Shown: positions 1 through 14,829, counted from the first letter of the stretch. The stretch is 64,000 bases of DNA from the human T2T-CHM13v2.0 reference genome, Homo sapiens (GCF_009914755.1 NC_060944.1); one strand, 5' to 3'. Numbers and translations: made by a program. The notes: generated from the letters alone by a model not told the origin.

Positions 1-451
1 CATGGTGAAATCCCCTCTCTATTAAAAATACAAAAATCAGCCAGGCATGGTGGCATGCACCTGTAGTCCCAGCTACTCAGGAGACTGAGGTAGGAGAATC
101 ATTTGAACCTGGGAGGCGGAGGTTGCAGTGAGCCGAGATTGAGCCACTAGCACTCCAGCCTGGGCAACAGAGCAATACTCCCTCTCAAAAAAAAAATATT
201 AACTTATGGCGGGTGGATCACCTGAGGTCAGGAGTTCGAGACCAGCCTGGCCAACATGGTGAAACCCCATGTCTACTAAAAATACAAAAGTTAGCTGGGC
301 ATGGTGGCAGGTACCTATAATCCCAGCTACTCAGGAGGCTGAGGCAGGAGAATTGCTTGAACCTGGGGGCAGAGATTCCAGTGAGCCGAGATTAAATCAC
401 TTTACTCCAGCCTGGGTGAAAGTGCAAAACTCCACCTCAAAAAAAAAAAAA
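1..451 (+). mobile_element. Two tandem partial Alus (1-197; 209-451)
   Basis: Alu consensus sequence with A tails. Confidence 0.9.
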
Positions 452-840
452 ATTACCTTATATGGCAAAGTGTGATTATTAAATGTCTTGACAGGAAGAG
501 TTTATCCTGGATTATCTGGTTGGGCCCTAGATGCAATCACATGTATCCTTATAAGACAGAAGCAGAGAGTTTTAAGAGAAACACACACAAGAGGAAGCAG
601 CAACGTGACCTCAGAGGCAGAGACTGGAATGATGCAGCCACAAGCCAAGGAATGCCTAGAGCCACCAGCAACCAGAAGAGGCAAGGAATGGATTCCCCCG
701 AGAGCCTTCAGTGGGCATGTGGCTCTGATGATATCTTGATGTTGGACTTCTGGCCCCCAGAACTGCCAGGGCACACGTTTCTGTTGGTTGAAGCCATGCA
801 GGGTGTGGCAACTTGTCACGGCAGCCACAGAAAACTCACA
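452..840 (+). mobile_element. MaLR LTR (MLT1D-like)
   Basis: TATCCTGGATTATCTGG..GGGCCC, GCAGCCACAAGCCAAGGAATGCC and GGACTTCTGGCC..CAGAACTG are MLT1 hallmarks. Confidence 0.7.
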
Positions 841-1450
841 TGGTCAGGCCCTGCTGGAGGTCACAGGATGGAAGGGCAGAAACTTGTCCGTCGGGCTAAA
901 AGCGCAGGCACTGGGGGCTTCAGAGGAGTAGTTCTTAACCCCGGCTGCAAGTTAGGAGCACGGGAAGTTCTGGCCAGTTCCCAAGGCCTCAACCCCATCT
1001 GAGGTCAATTAAAGAAAAATCCTTGGTGGCAGGCCCAGGTGGAGGACTTTTTTTAAAAAAACACGTAGTCAAGATTGGGAACCACTGCCGTAGAGGAACC
1101 GTTCTAGAGGCCTGAGTGAGGGTAGAATCCACATGGGAATAAGGTAAGAAAGAAGTGGAGGTAAGAAGAGGAAGAAGGTTTAGACTACTCTTTCACAATT
1201 TTGCCCCTAAAGGAACTAGCAGCCTTGGAGGGGGCAGGACGTGCATGTGGGTCAAGAGAATGGCAGGCTTTTTCAAAGGGGCATGTCTTGGGCAAGTTTA
1301 AACACCCATGGGGATGATTGAGGCTGAGTGAAAGGAGTTGCATGAGGTTACTGGGAAGGTAGGAGGAAGTCAGAAAGTCAGAAGGTCAAACCAGGCCTGG
1401 CCTTGGAGCCCCTGAGAACAGGAGGATCAGGCAGTGAATGGGGGCGGTAG

Positions 1451-1839
<389 letters not shown>

Positions 1840-3820
1840 CAAAAGTATTTAAATGCCAATTCAAGAGCCCACCTCCCAGCTCTGCTTTACTCTGGCACAA
1901 CAATTGGCAATGTTCAGAGTGGAATCTTCCCATCTGCCTGGGGCCCTGAGTGATCCAAGGAGCCGAAACCTCACTGGAGGCCCTGGAGGGACAAGCAGTA
2001 TGAGGTCAACCTGGGTCTCTGCAGACCCCTCAGACCTGGGGGCTGTTTGTTACCACAGCAGCACAAGGTAGCCTCTCCTGCCTCAGAATGAGCAAACACA
2101 CCTTTCTGAACTCAGCCTTGCAAACTGTGATAAGAAGCAGACCAAGTGCTATGAGATAAAGAAAAATCACACTGGGGTGGGGGCAATTTAGAAAGTGTGT
2201 TGGGAAAAGATCACTTAAAGGGGGAGTTCTCCAGGGAGAAGAAAGAAGGAGAGGGAGAATGGCTCCAGGCAGGGGAGCTGCGTGTGCTTAGTGTCTGAAT
2301 CAGGAAGCAGGCGGGGAGTTGGCCAGAGTGCAGAGTGAGGTTAGTGGTGAGAAATGAGGCCAGGGCAAAGTGGAGAGGGGGCAGGGAGATTGCAGAGGCC
2401 GAAGCAAAGGGTTTTCCACCCAAATGTGTTAAATCGGAGAGTCCCCTTTAAAAAAACCTTTCCCGGCTGCTGTGTGGAGGACAGGATGGCAGGAAGCCAG
2501 AACAGAAGACCAGCTACTGCGGGAGGGAAGATCTGATTGGGATTTGAATAACATGCGGGAAGTACTCAAGGCAGCGTCAGAGACAGTGGGTGCTCAGCGG
2601 GGCAGAAGCCAGACAGTGCCGGGGTGCAGAAGCTAGGGGTTCAGGGAGCTGGGCAGGAGGCAGGAGCGCCTCTGGGAAGGGGGAAAGCAGAGCCAGCTGC
2701 CCACCAGGACCAGTAGCACTCATCCCTTCTCACGGCTGCCTGAGAAGAGGCCCAGACGCGTTTCAGGTGTGGAGCAGAGGCAGGAAGCCACCTCCACAGG
2801 TGGCTCAAGCTCAGGCAGGCCTCCTACTGAATTTTCTAGAAAACTGCAACACACCATGGGAAGTCTGTCAGCCTATTCCAGATGACAATGACAATGGGGT
2901 GGCGACCCCGCTCTCCTGTCTCCTTTCAGGGAAAAGGGTCAGCAGTGGCCTCAAACTTTTGAGTATCTACTATGTGCTAGACCATCTATATGCATTATCT
3001 TATTTCATCCTTACAACCAGCAAGGTAGAGACTTCACTCCCATTTTACTGATGAAGAAACTGAGGTTCAAAGAAGTACCCCAAAACAGTCAGTGATGGAG
3101 TCAGAATTTGAACCCTAGTCTGATTCTTGAGCTCCTAACCACTCTACTGTACTGCCTCTGTGGGCCTAGCCTCAGACATCAATAATACAGAAATAATAAT
3201 AATGATAAAGCAGCTACCTACTGTTTTCAGACCCTTTATCTCATTTAATCCCTAGGCAATGTACATATCGGCCCATGTTACAGATGGGGAAATGGACTTG
3301 CCAGGCTAAGCCCGGAGAAGTTCAGTGGCCTGTCCAGAGTTACACAAAATTGATGGTGGTAGAGCTAGGGTGGAACTCAAGTCCCTCTGCCTCAGCCCAA
3401 GCCCTGCCCACAGGCCACACCCCCTCCCTTGCACTCGTGTCGAGACAGTGCCTGGCCTCCTGACCTCTCCAGAGGGGAATCTCACGCCCCTTCCCACTGC
3501 CTTTGCTCTCTGCAAGGCTGACTCACAGCCAGCCCAGCATTTGTCTGAACAGCAGGAAATCCTCCCAGCGCTGATGTGAACAGGAAGCATCCTCAGTTAC
3601 CAACAAATATTTACTAAGCCCCACTATGTGCCAGGCACCGTGGAGGCCCTCGGGAAGTGCACTAAGTCCCTGCTCTCAAGAGATGCGTGCCAGAGAGGTC
3701 CAGGGCGGTGGGCTCACTTACCCAAGGTCACTCAGTGTGTCGGTGGCAGAGCTACCATGAGGACCCAGGTCTTGGACTCCTGGGACAGATACTCCCAGAT
3801 CTGACTCATGTTTCCACGTT

Positions 3821-3964
3821 CCCAACTGCTGGAGGGCGAGCAGGGCCGTCTACCTCCAAGGCAAACCTAGTCAGATTAGTTCTCCCTGGTGAGCCTTGGG
3901 GACAACTAATCTGACTGGGTTTACCTTGGAGGTAGACGGCCCTGCTCGCCCTCCAGCAGTTGGG
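3821..3964. repeat. Long near-perfect inverted repeat (61-bp arms, 22-nt spacer)
   Basis: 3821-3881 is the reverse complement of 3904-3964 with 2 mismatches. Confidence 0.97.
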
Positions 3965-4871
3965 TTTGCCTCCCAAACACATCGCTCTGTTTTGTTTTCG
4001 TCTGACTTTTTGGGTTCATGTATGTAACATGTCTGTCTCCCTCATGAGCCGTTTGCTGAGAGGGGGGACCTTGTCTGTGTCATCATGTCGTGTCCTCAGC
4101 ACCTCGCACAGCACCTAGTGCTCTCTGTGTTCAATGACCACACCGTTATTTCCTCGTTTCCCTGTCCCATGTCAGCAATGCTGGGTGCTCTCCCTGCAAC
4201 AAGGAAGGGGCTGACCTGCCCCCATGGGACCTGGCAGAACCCACACGGGGGCAGAGGAGCCAGGGCTGCCTGGTCAGCTCACAGAACCTGAGCACCGTGG
4301 CCAGAACCCAGATGAGCCACAGGTGCCCAGTGCCAACCGAATGTCCCCTCCCTCCCTAGCCCTGCTTTTGGTGATGAGCTGGGCAGTGCCAGGGTCAGTG
4401 ACTTATGCCACTATGGCCTCTCAACTGACTTTTAGTGTGAGGCCAGGAGACAGAGCAGCCCTGGGCTGAGAAACTGTTTCAGCTCCACTTCCTCCAGGAA
4501 GCCCTCTATGCTCAGCCTCGTCTAGGCTCCGCCAGCTCCGAGGTACACAGTGGAAGGGACTGAGCAGTCCCCACAGTGTCTCCTGCTGACGGGGCCTGAC
4601 AGCTCTGTTGCTGAGAGGTTTCACAGAAGGCAAGATGTGTCTTCCACCTGGGGAAATTCCTGTGGAGCCACAGCATAGGGACTCAGCACACTTAAACTCG
4701 TTTTAAAGGCAACAAGACTGAGGCTCAGAGAGTGGGAGGACCTTGAGTTAGAAAGTCTAATGCACACCACAGCCAGGAAGCTATTTGACTCTAAACCCGG
4801 AGGTCTAGCAGCACGCTCCCTTCATGCCACATAGCAAGGTGCTGGGTCACTGATGCTAACATCTAAACAGG

Positions 4872-5396
<525 letters not shown>

Positions 5397-6059
5397 TCAA
5401 AGCAGGACCATTACCAACCATGATGATGATGCTGACCAATGGCAGCTATTGCTGCAGCACCTGCTCTGAGCCAGGCCTGCACTTGGTGTTTGAGAGGTGG
5501 GTATGGGTATAATTCTCATTTTAGAGAGGGGAAACTGAGGCACCATGAAGTTAAATGACTCATTCAAGCTCCTCTAGCTGGAAAGTGGGAAATCAGGACT
5601 CAGACCCAGAGAGCCTGACCCCAGCTGGTGTCCAAGTTCAAATTCCTTGCTGTTCTAGCTCCCTGGTCACTAGGAGTGCAGAGGTTATCCCCCACAACTG
5701 CTCAGGGGCCTGAGAACATTAAGGGCTGAGGGCAAGCCTACCCCCAACACCTTGGGTAAATACAGATTCCAACCTCACTCTGCGCCCACAGCCTGCTCCT
5801 CTCCACCTCCCCAGCCAGACCATGGTCCTACTACCTTGCCCCGCCCCAGGGGGTACCACAGGGACCCCTTCAAGACACCTGAGCAGGTGGACAAGTCTCT
5901 CCTGGATCACAGGGCCCCCAGCCACCCAGGTCAAGCCCACCCTGAGGTTGAATGCAGGATTGGGAAGCTGCCTGGCCTCCCCTGCCTCCCTGTGTGAACA
6001 CAGACCACTTCCTCTCTCTGATCCTCCCTTCCTCCTCCGAAGCAAAAGGCTTCGATGAA

Positions 6060-6225
6060 ACTCAGTCTCCTTTGTTCCCCTCCACCACCAACTGCCATGT
6101 GAGTCAAAATGGGTAAGGCAGGCTCTTCCCAGGCACATTTTTGTTTTAACAGGTGGCTCTGGTAACTGAAAGCCACTGCAAGCCCAAAGAAGTGCAGCTG
6201 GTGGGTTTTGTGTCAGGAAGACAAA
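6060..6225. promoter_or_regulatory. ADA intron-1 thymic T-cell enhancer/LCR core
   Basis: Dense motif cluster: TCF1/LEF1 CCTTTGTT 6069-6076, c-Myb CAACTG 6089-6094, AP-1 TGAGTCA 6100-6106, E-boxes CAGGTG 6150-6155 and CAGCTG 6195-6200, Myb-like TAACTG 6163-6168, ETS CAGGAAG 6214-6220. It sits ~5.4 kb into intron 1, matching the known Myb/LEF-1-dependent ADA enhancer. Confidence 0.8.
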
Positions 6226-6928
6226 AAGGAGGAGGGAGGAGGGAGGAGGGAGATTCTGCAGCTGGAGAGGCCTCCCAGAGTCTACTGCAACCCCCACTCC
6301 AGTCCCCAGGAAGGAAACGCACCCCTGAGGGCCTGCTGTTACCAGCCAGGCACTGTACAAAAACCAATCAGCATGTCAGTTTCCCCAAGAACCCCAAGAT
6401 CTTGGTTTTGTCACCCCATTTTACAGAGGGGGAAGCTGAGTTTCAGGAGTTGTCTACCTGAGGTACCCTAGCTGCTAAGCGGCAGGCAGGAATTCAACCC
6501 CAGTACATCTGAAGCCCAGGGCTAATGCACTGGCCCACCCTGCCACCCTGATTCTAACTCTTCCCCCCACACTGCCCCCTCTTTTTTGCATAAAGTGGAA
6601 TTGGCAAATGAGCAAAGCAATGAACAGCTTCTACTTGAGTGCAGGCAGATCTGGGTTCAAGTCTAGCTCTGCTGCTTGCCAGCTGTGTGACTTTGGCAAG
6701 TTCCCTCCCCTCTCTGAGTCTCAGTTTCCTCATAATAAGTGAAGTTAATAATAGGACAGGACCTTCCTCAGAGGGCTGACATAAACATTAAATGAGTCAC
6801 TGTATGCAAAGCAGGACAGCGCCTCGTGCAGAGTAGACATTCAAATATGAGACAGAAAAGGCACATTGCTGATTTAGCCCCAATTCCCCTCTGCATCAGA
6901 GAGGGACAGTTTAGAAACTGCTGTCCCT

Positions 6929-7331
<403 letters not shown>

Positions 7332-7411
7332 TCAGTTTCTTCATCTGTAAATGGGGATGAAGACCCATGCCTTGTCAAGTCATCCAGAGGATTCCGTGAG
7401 ATAAAAGTTAC

Positions 7412-7864
<453 letters not shown>

Positions 7865-8059
7865 TCAAGGACAGCTATTGTTATGATTATTGTAACAGGC
7901 ATGTGATCAGCACTGGCCTCCAGGATGCAGAATGCCTGAGTGCCTGGTGCCACCTGTGAACATAGGCTGATAAGGGCCACCCCTGCAACCCCCCTTTCCA
8001 CTTCTTCCAGTGCCCAGCAGGTGCTAAGTCAAACCAGGTGGGGGTATGGGAGGCACACC

Positions 8060-8500
8060 CGACAGGGCAAACTTGACTTGGGCATCCCCTGACGATGACC
8101 CTGCATGGCAGGCACACTTGAATGGGTGTTCAGAGTTCTGAGCGAAGGAATCCAAGAGTGGCCAACCTGGAGATCCAGTCGTTATCTATGAGGAACATCT
8201 GAGCCCCACCCCATTCCCACGGGACACTGACCATACAGGGGTATAGGGACCGAGGCCCTTTGTTTTGGGTTAAATGAAGGTTACTAGGTGGAGATGGTTG
8301 GGAGAAGGTGTTAAATGAAAATGCTACATAAACTGCATGATTTGCAAGTGGTTGCGGTTCTTCTGCTCAGTCTGCCGCCACTGGACTCTCTTCCCTGTGT
8401 CTAAGCCCCCAGTAAAACCCCGTATCTTGTTTGCTACCTCTTCCAAAGAAGGTAGCCTCTTGAACCTGGTGCTATATCCATTGGAGTCAATAGGGGTCCC
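8060..8500 (+). mobile_element. Solo ERV LTR (LTR47-like)
   Basis: GGAATCC..GAGTGGCCAACCTGGAGAT..TCTATGAGGAACATCTGAGCCCC, a TATA-like ACATAAA and an AGTAAA poly(A)-like signal. Confidence 0.5.
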
Positions 8501-8532
8501 GCACAACAGAAGGCAGCTGCCTAGGGCCTTGC

Positions 8533-8680
8533 TAAGCAAAGTGTGTTCCTGGATCGTTGACATTAGCATTTCCTGGGAGCTGGTCAGCAGTGCAGCATCG
8601 CAGGCCCCAACCCGACCCACACAGAATCACAGTGTGAACATTAAAAGTCAGGCCACTTGAGTGCAGTTTGAAAAGCGCTG
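8533..8680. mobile_element. MER5A-like hAT-Charlie MITE
   Basis: CAAAGTGTG..CATT..CCTGGGAGCT..TGCAG..CAGGCCCCA..GACC..GAATCA motif. Confidence 0.55.
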
Positions 8681-9351
8681 CCCTGCTCTGCTTTCTTCTA
8701 GCTGACCAGGTCCCAGGCCTCAGCTGGTGGCAGGTATGAGAAGCTGAAGGACACAGCAAAGGCTCCTGTCTCAGGAGGTTTGCACCTGGGGCACTGGCAC
8801 CTCTATCCCCAAAGGCTTCTGCAGAGGTAGTTTAGGAAAGATGGTTAGAGGCATGGGATTTCGAAGCCAGCCTCCCTTGGACTCAAACCCCAGATTGGAC
8901 ATTTCCTAGCTGTGTGATCTTGGGCCTAGTTAACCTCTCTGTGCCTGGATTAAATAAAAAATGCAGATAATGTGTTTAGAACGGTGCCTGGCACAGAAAC
9001 ATCAACACTCCATTAGCTGCAGCTAGTAATGCTAATAATTATAACTGTCATCTGTCCCTCCCACAAGAGGGCAGGGAGCTGGCTCTGGTCACAGTGGCTC
9101 TGAGATTCACACTCCTTCCCACTTCTCCTGCCAGCTCACACAAGTTCCTCCTCACAATCATACAAGATTTGTCACGCCTCAAACACATGGCAGGTAACAT
9201 TCTACCTTCACTCTCAAGCATCACCTTGTGGCCTTGGGACTCAGGACACGGGACACCCACATAAGCAGCTGATGTTCCATCCTCCAGGTGTGGACACTGA
9301 GGTCCCAATAGGGAAAATGATCTGCCAGCTTGAATCAGATGGGAGGACTGA

Positions 9352-9809
<458 letters not shown>

Positions 9810-10013
9810 AATCAAAGAGCTTTGCTATTGCCATAGGATTCACATCAGGGTACAGTGGGTCCCCAGCCCAAGGGCAGAGGGAGCCCAGAGCATTTAATAA
9901 AAAGACTGCAAAGGGGAGGCGCCAATCATGGGCCCCAGCTCCAGTAAGACGTGAAGGAGGCAGGGGTGGGGGTAGGAGGGCTTGTACAGCACCTCAGTGC
10001 TTCCAGCTTCTGA

Positions 10014-10508
<495 letters not shown>

Positions 10509-11349
10509 ACTCACACCTATTTCTTAGAAGGGTAAGTTGAGGCTGACTGCAGCTGACTCCTTCCCCAACCACTCTCACACCCTACTGGCTGACTCACCCT
10601 GCTTGGCAGACTCCTGGGCCCCTCCTCTCGGACTCTGAGACAGGCCAAGGGGGTCCAGACCCTCCCTGACCCCAACAGTCCCAAGACGCCACAGCTGGTG
10701 GGCGGAGAAACAAGGGGATTCTCCCCTGGGGCCAGTGGCCATGGCTTGGCCTCGAGTGAACCCTGCTAGGGCCCCAAACCCAGGGCCTACCTAGCTCCTG
10801 TTCTTCCCGCGCGGGGGAAGGGGGGTGCTCTGCTCCCCTCCCTCCCCTTTCTGGCAGGGCTCACGGTTCTTCCCCGGGGCGCATCCACAAACCTGAGCTC
10901 CTTGGCGCTCACCACCATAACGCTGGCGTACAAAGCTGCTTCCATTCACTGAGCACTCAGTAGGCGCCGGGCACAGCACTAGGTGCCTATCCGGCGTAGA
11001 CATCGGGCCTGATCATACAGCTGAGCTTCAGAGACCTCAAGTCCCTGCCCAGGCCCACACAGCGCTCAGCGGTGCTAGGATGCCCACTTGACAGACAGCG
11101 AAACTGAGACCCAGAGGGGTCAAGTCAGGGGCAGAAGCAGACTCTGGAGGCCTCCGGGTTCTGGACCTTCTCTGCCCCATTGTCCCTGATTAGCCCGCAA
11201 GCAAGCCACGGCCTAAGCCGAAGGAAGAACTCGCCTGCAGGAGCCCCCGTTCGTTCCCAGGGTTTGGACGCCCCGGGCTGGGCCCCGCTAAGCCCCTCGG
11301 GCCGCCCAGGCGCCGGACCCCCGTCCCCGGAGCCCCCGCGCGCGCTCAC

Positions 11350-11382
11350 TTTGGGCTTGTCGAAGGCGGGCGTCTGGGCCAT
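11350..11382 (-). CDS. ADA: Adenosine deaminase exon 1 coding part (MAQTPAFDKPK)
   Basis: Reverse complement reads GGCACC ATG GCC CAG ACG CCC GCC TTC GAC AAG CCC AAA|GTGAGC. This is the human ADA N-terminus with a strong Kozak context and a 33-nt phase-0 coding exon followed by a canonical donor at 11349-11344. Confidence 0.98.
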
Positions 11383-11477
11383 GGTGCCCTCGTGCGCCCC
11401 GGCGCTGCTCCCTCCGCCGCCGCTCGGTGGGTCTCTGCCGGCTCGGTGGCCGCTCGGCTTTCCCTGGGGCCAGCGGT
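11383..11477 (-). other. ADA: ADA 5' UTR (approximate; TSS ~95 nt upstream of ATG)
   Basis: GC-rich leader between the ATG and the TTAAGAA element (11498-11504, minus strand). The TSS position comes from recalled ADA gene structure. Confidence 0.7.
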
Positions 11478-12079
11478 GGCCGCGGCCGGCCACGCTCTTC
11501 TTAACGGGCCGGGCCCCGCCTCCCGCCCCGCCCGCCGCCGTTCCCGGGGCCCGCCCTCTCGCCGGAGCCCCCGCCCCGCCCGCCGGCCTGGATCGCGCAT
11601 TTCCTGGAATTCTGGACCCGGCGTCCTCGCCCGCCGACCCGAAAACTACGGCCCCGCGGCGCCCGACCGGACCCACCTGTGGGCGCGCGCTCCAGCCGCC
11701 TCGCTGGGCGCTGCCTTCCCCCCGGCTCCTCCAGCAACTTTCAAGCGTCCCCCTGCAGTCTGGGCGCTGCTGTGCGCCAGGCCCAAGCTAGAAGCGGGGA
11801 CCCCGGGAGCATCGCAAGCCTCGAGCGGCGTGCCTTCCACCGGATAGACGGACGCTCGTCGCAGAAACACACACCATAATTGTATAGTTAAGGAACTTTC
11901 GAGGGGGGCCAGCCGTGGCCTGCAGAACCTGCAGGAGTTCATCAGGGGTGGGTGGGGGTGGAGAGGACATTCTACGTGAGAGACTCCAGGGAGCTGGGAG
12001 TGAAAGGAGGCGAGGAAGGCTGGAGCTCGGAGGGAGGGAGAACACAGACAGTCCCCTCCTGGGCATTCACCTTTAAGAA

Positions 12080-12470
12080 ACCCGCCCAGGCGCAGCCAGA
12101 GACCTGTGCAGAATGTTCACACCAGCGCTATTCCGAATAACAGGAACATTGGAAACACCCTCAAATGCCCCTCCACGGGCGAGTGGGCAAATAAACCGGA
12201 ATATTCACACCATGAAACGTTAGACAGCAGTGAAACGGAATGAACTTCAGCCAGACAACAACAGAAACAATGTCTCAGAAACAATGTTGAGTGAAAAAAA
12301 CTAAGTTGCGGAAAACTGCATACAATGGTGCAACTTTTAGAATGTGTAAAAGCAAAACCAAAAGTATGTATGTTTAGACACATGCATCGGTGGAAAAAAT
12401 GTAAAGCAAGGGAAAGATGAGCATAGATACGAGAAGAGTGGTTATCTCAGGTGAAAGGGAAGGAGCCGGG
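12080..12470 (+). mobile_element. Old L1 (L1M) 3' fragment
   Basis: GGAAACACCCTCAAATGCCC..ATAAAC..GAATATTCACAC..AATGTTGAGTGAAAAAA resembles an L1MC/ME 3' UTR. Confidence 0.55.
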
Positions 12471-12512
12471 AGGAGGTAAGGACGGAGGGAAATAACACGC
12501 GGGTACAGGTTT

Positions 12513-12513
12513 T

Positions 12514-12552
<39 letters not shown>
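12513..12552. repeat. (TTTA)10 microsatellite in an Alu tail ~1.05 kb upstream of the ADA TSS
   Basis: Ten perfect TTTA units. Confidence 0.95.
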
Positions 12553-13060
12553 CTGAGACGGAGTTTCGCTCTTTCGCGGAGGCTGCAGTGAAGTGGCGCG
12601 ATCTGGGCTCACTGCAACCTCTGCCCCTCTGGCCCGCCTCCTCCCCACCGCCCCCCCGCACCCCCAGCGTTTCAAGCGATTTTCCTGTCTCAGCCTCCCG
12701 AGTAGCTGGGATTATAGGCGCCCACAACCACGCCTGGCTAATTTTTGTTTTTTGTTTTTTTGTTTTTGTTTTTGTTTTTTTGAGATGGACTCTTGCTCTG
12801 TCGCCCAGGCTGGAGTGCAGTGGCGAAATCTCGGCTCACTGCAACCTCCACCTCCTGGATTTTAAGCAATTCTCGGCCTCAGCGTCCCGAGTAGCTGGGA
12901 TTACAGGCGCGTGGCACCGTGCCCTGCTAAGTTTTGGATTTGTAGTAGAGACGGGGTTTCACCATGTTTGCCAGGCTGGTCTCGAACACCTGACCTCACA
13001 TGATCCACCCACCTCGGCTTCCCAAGGCGTGATTACAGGCATGAGCCACCACGCCTGGCC
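12513..13060 (-). mobile_element. Alu right monomer plus full Alu
   Basis: Right arm at 12513-12745, then a full reverse Alu at 12746-13060. Confidence 0.88.
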
Positions 13061-13324
13061 ACACACAGGTTATTGATAATGTTCCAGTACTGGGGTGGAT
13101 GGTAGCTTCATTTCATTTCATCATAAATAAATTAACAAACCCATAAACAAGGGGGAAAGAGAGAGTGGGAGAGTGGAGAGCAAGGGGCTAGAAGGTCTGA
13201 TGGGAGCTGAATCCTGCCAGGGATGTGGGACCCAGCGATGGTGTGGGATTCCTAGGAAGTCAGTGGAGTGTTTTAAGTGGAGGCGAGACAAAATCACCCT
13301 TTTATTTGGAAAAAATATTCTCCA

Positions 13325-13492
13325 GCTACTGAAAGTGTGATCCAGGGATCATCAGCACCCACATCACCTGGGAGCTGACTACAAATGCAGACTTTCAGAC
13401 CCCATCCCAGACCTACTGAAGTAGAATCTGTATTTTATACAAACAGGACCCCCAGGTGGTTCGCACCCACAGGGCACTTTGAGAAGCCTGGG
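13325..13492. mobile_element. MER5A-like MITE
   Basis: CATCACCTGGGAGCT..AAATGCAGA..CCCCATCCCAGACCTACTGAA..AGAATCTG..TTTGAGAA. Confidence 0.7.
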
Positions 13493-13699
13493 CTCCCTGC
13501 TGTGAGGGGAGGGCATTACAGGGGGCCAGCGGGGGTGAGGGAGGACAGGATACCAGGAAGGAGGCAACTGCCATGGTCTGGGTAGGGCATAGTGATGTCA
13601 GTGGGGGAAGTGGAGAAACTCATATTCAAGCTGCATTTAGGGTGTAAAATCAGCTGGATTTGGGGTTTGGTTGTATGTGGGAGTGAGGGAGAGGGTGGC

Positions 13700-14393
<694 letters not shown>

Positions 14394-14829
14394 GTGGGTC
14401 TCATACATTGTCAAAGCCAGGGGAGTTTTTTGTAAGATCCTTTCTTGGCTCTCTGTGTTACTCGGGTTCAATAATAGGGGCTGCCATTTACTGAGACAGG
14501 TTTGGAGCCAGGTACACTGGGAAGCACTTTATAAGCACCCATCCCATTTCATCTTTACAGTCATCCTCAGATGTAGGAGGTGTTCTCCTCATTTTACAGA
14601 TGAGGACACTGAGGTTCAGATAGAGAGACAGCCTGCTTGGCTCATGGGTTGTAAGTGGCAAAACTGGGGTTTAAATTTGAATCTGACTCGAGAAACTTCA
14701 CTCCCCACCTTATTGCCTCCCCAGCCTCTCATGACATTCAAGTCCCTCTTCAACATCAGTCCCACCACTTCCCACCACATTGCTGAAATGCCAATCAACC
14801 TAGATGAGTTGCTGGTTGCTTTAGGGTGA

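Larger units (their letters stand above)
11150..11930 (-). promoter_or_regulatory. ADA: ADA CpG-island promoter with multiple Sp1 GC boxes and a TATA-like TTAAGAA
   Basis: Very high GC and CpG density, repeated CCCGCC/CCCCGCC at 11514-11585, and TTAAGAA on the minus strand at 11498-11504. Confidence 0.9.

Noticed and set aside
472-1002. 176-aa ORF
   Set aside because: Lies within an MLT1 LTR and MER5-like sequence with no protein homology evident.
3824-3841. CTCF-like CTGCTGGAGGGCG duplicated by the hairpin
   Set aside because: Three core mismatches; too weak to call without ChIP data.
5719-6360. 213-aa minus-strand ORF over the enhancer
   Set aside because: No recognisable domain, non-ATG start, and it overlaps regulatory and MIR-like sequence.
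11125-11847. Long overlapping ORFs of 183, 203 and 151 aa over the ADA promoter
   Set aside because: Stop-poor CpG-island artefacts. Only MAQTPAFDKPK is real, and the reading continues by splicing.
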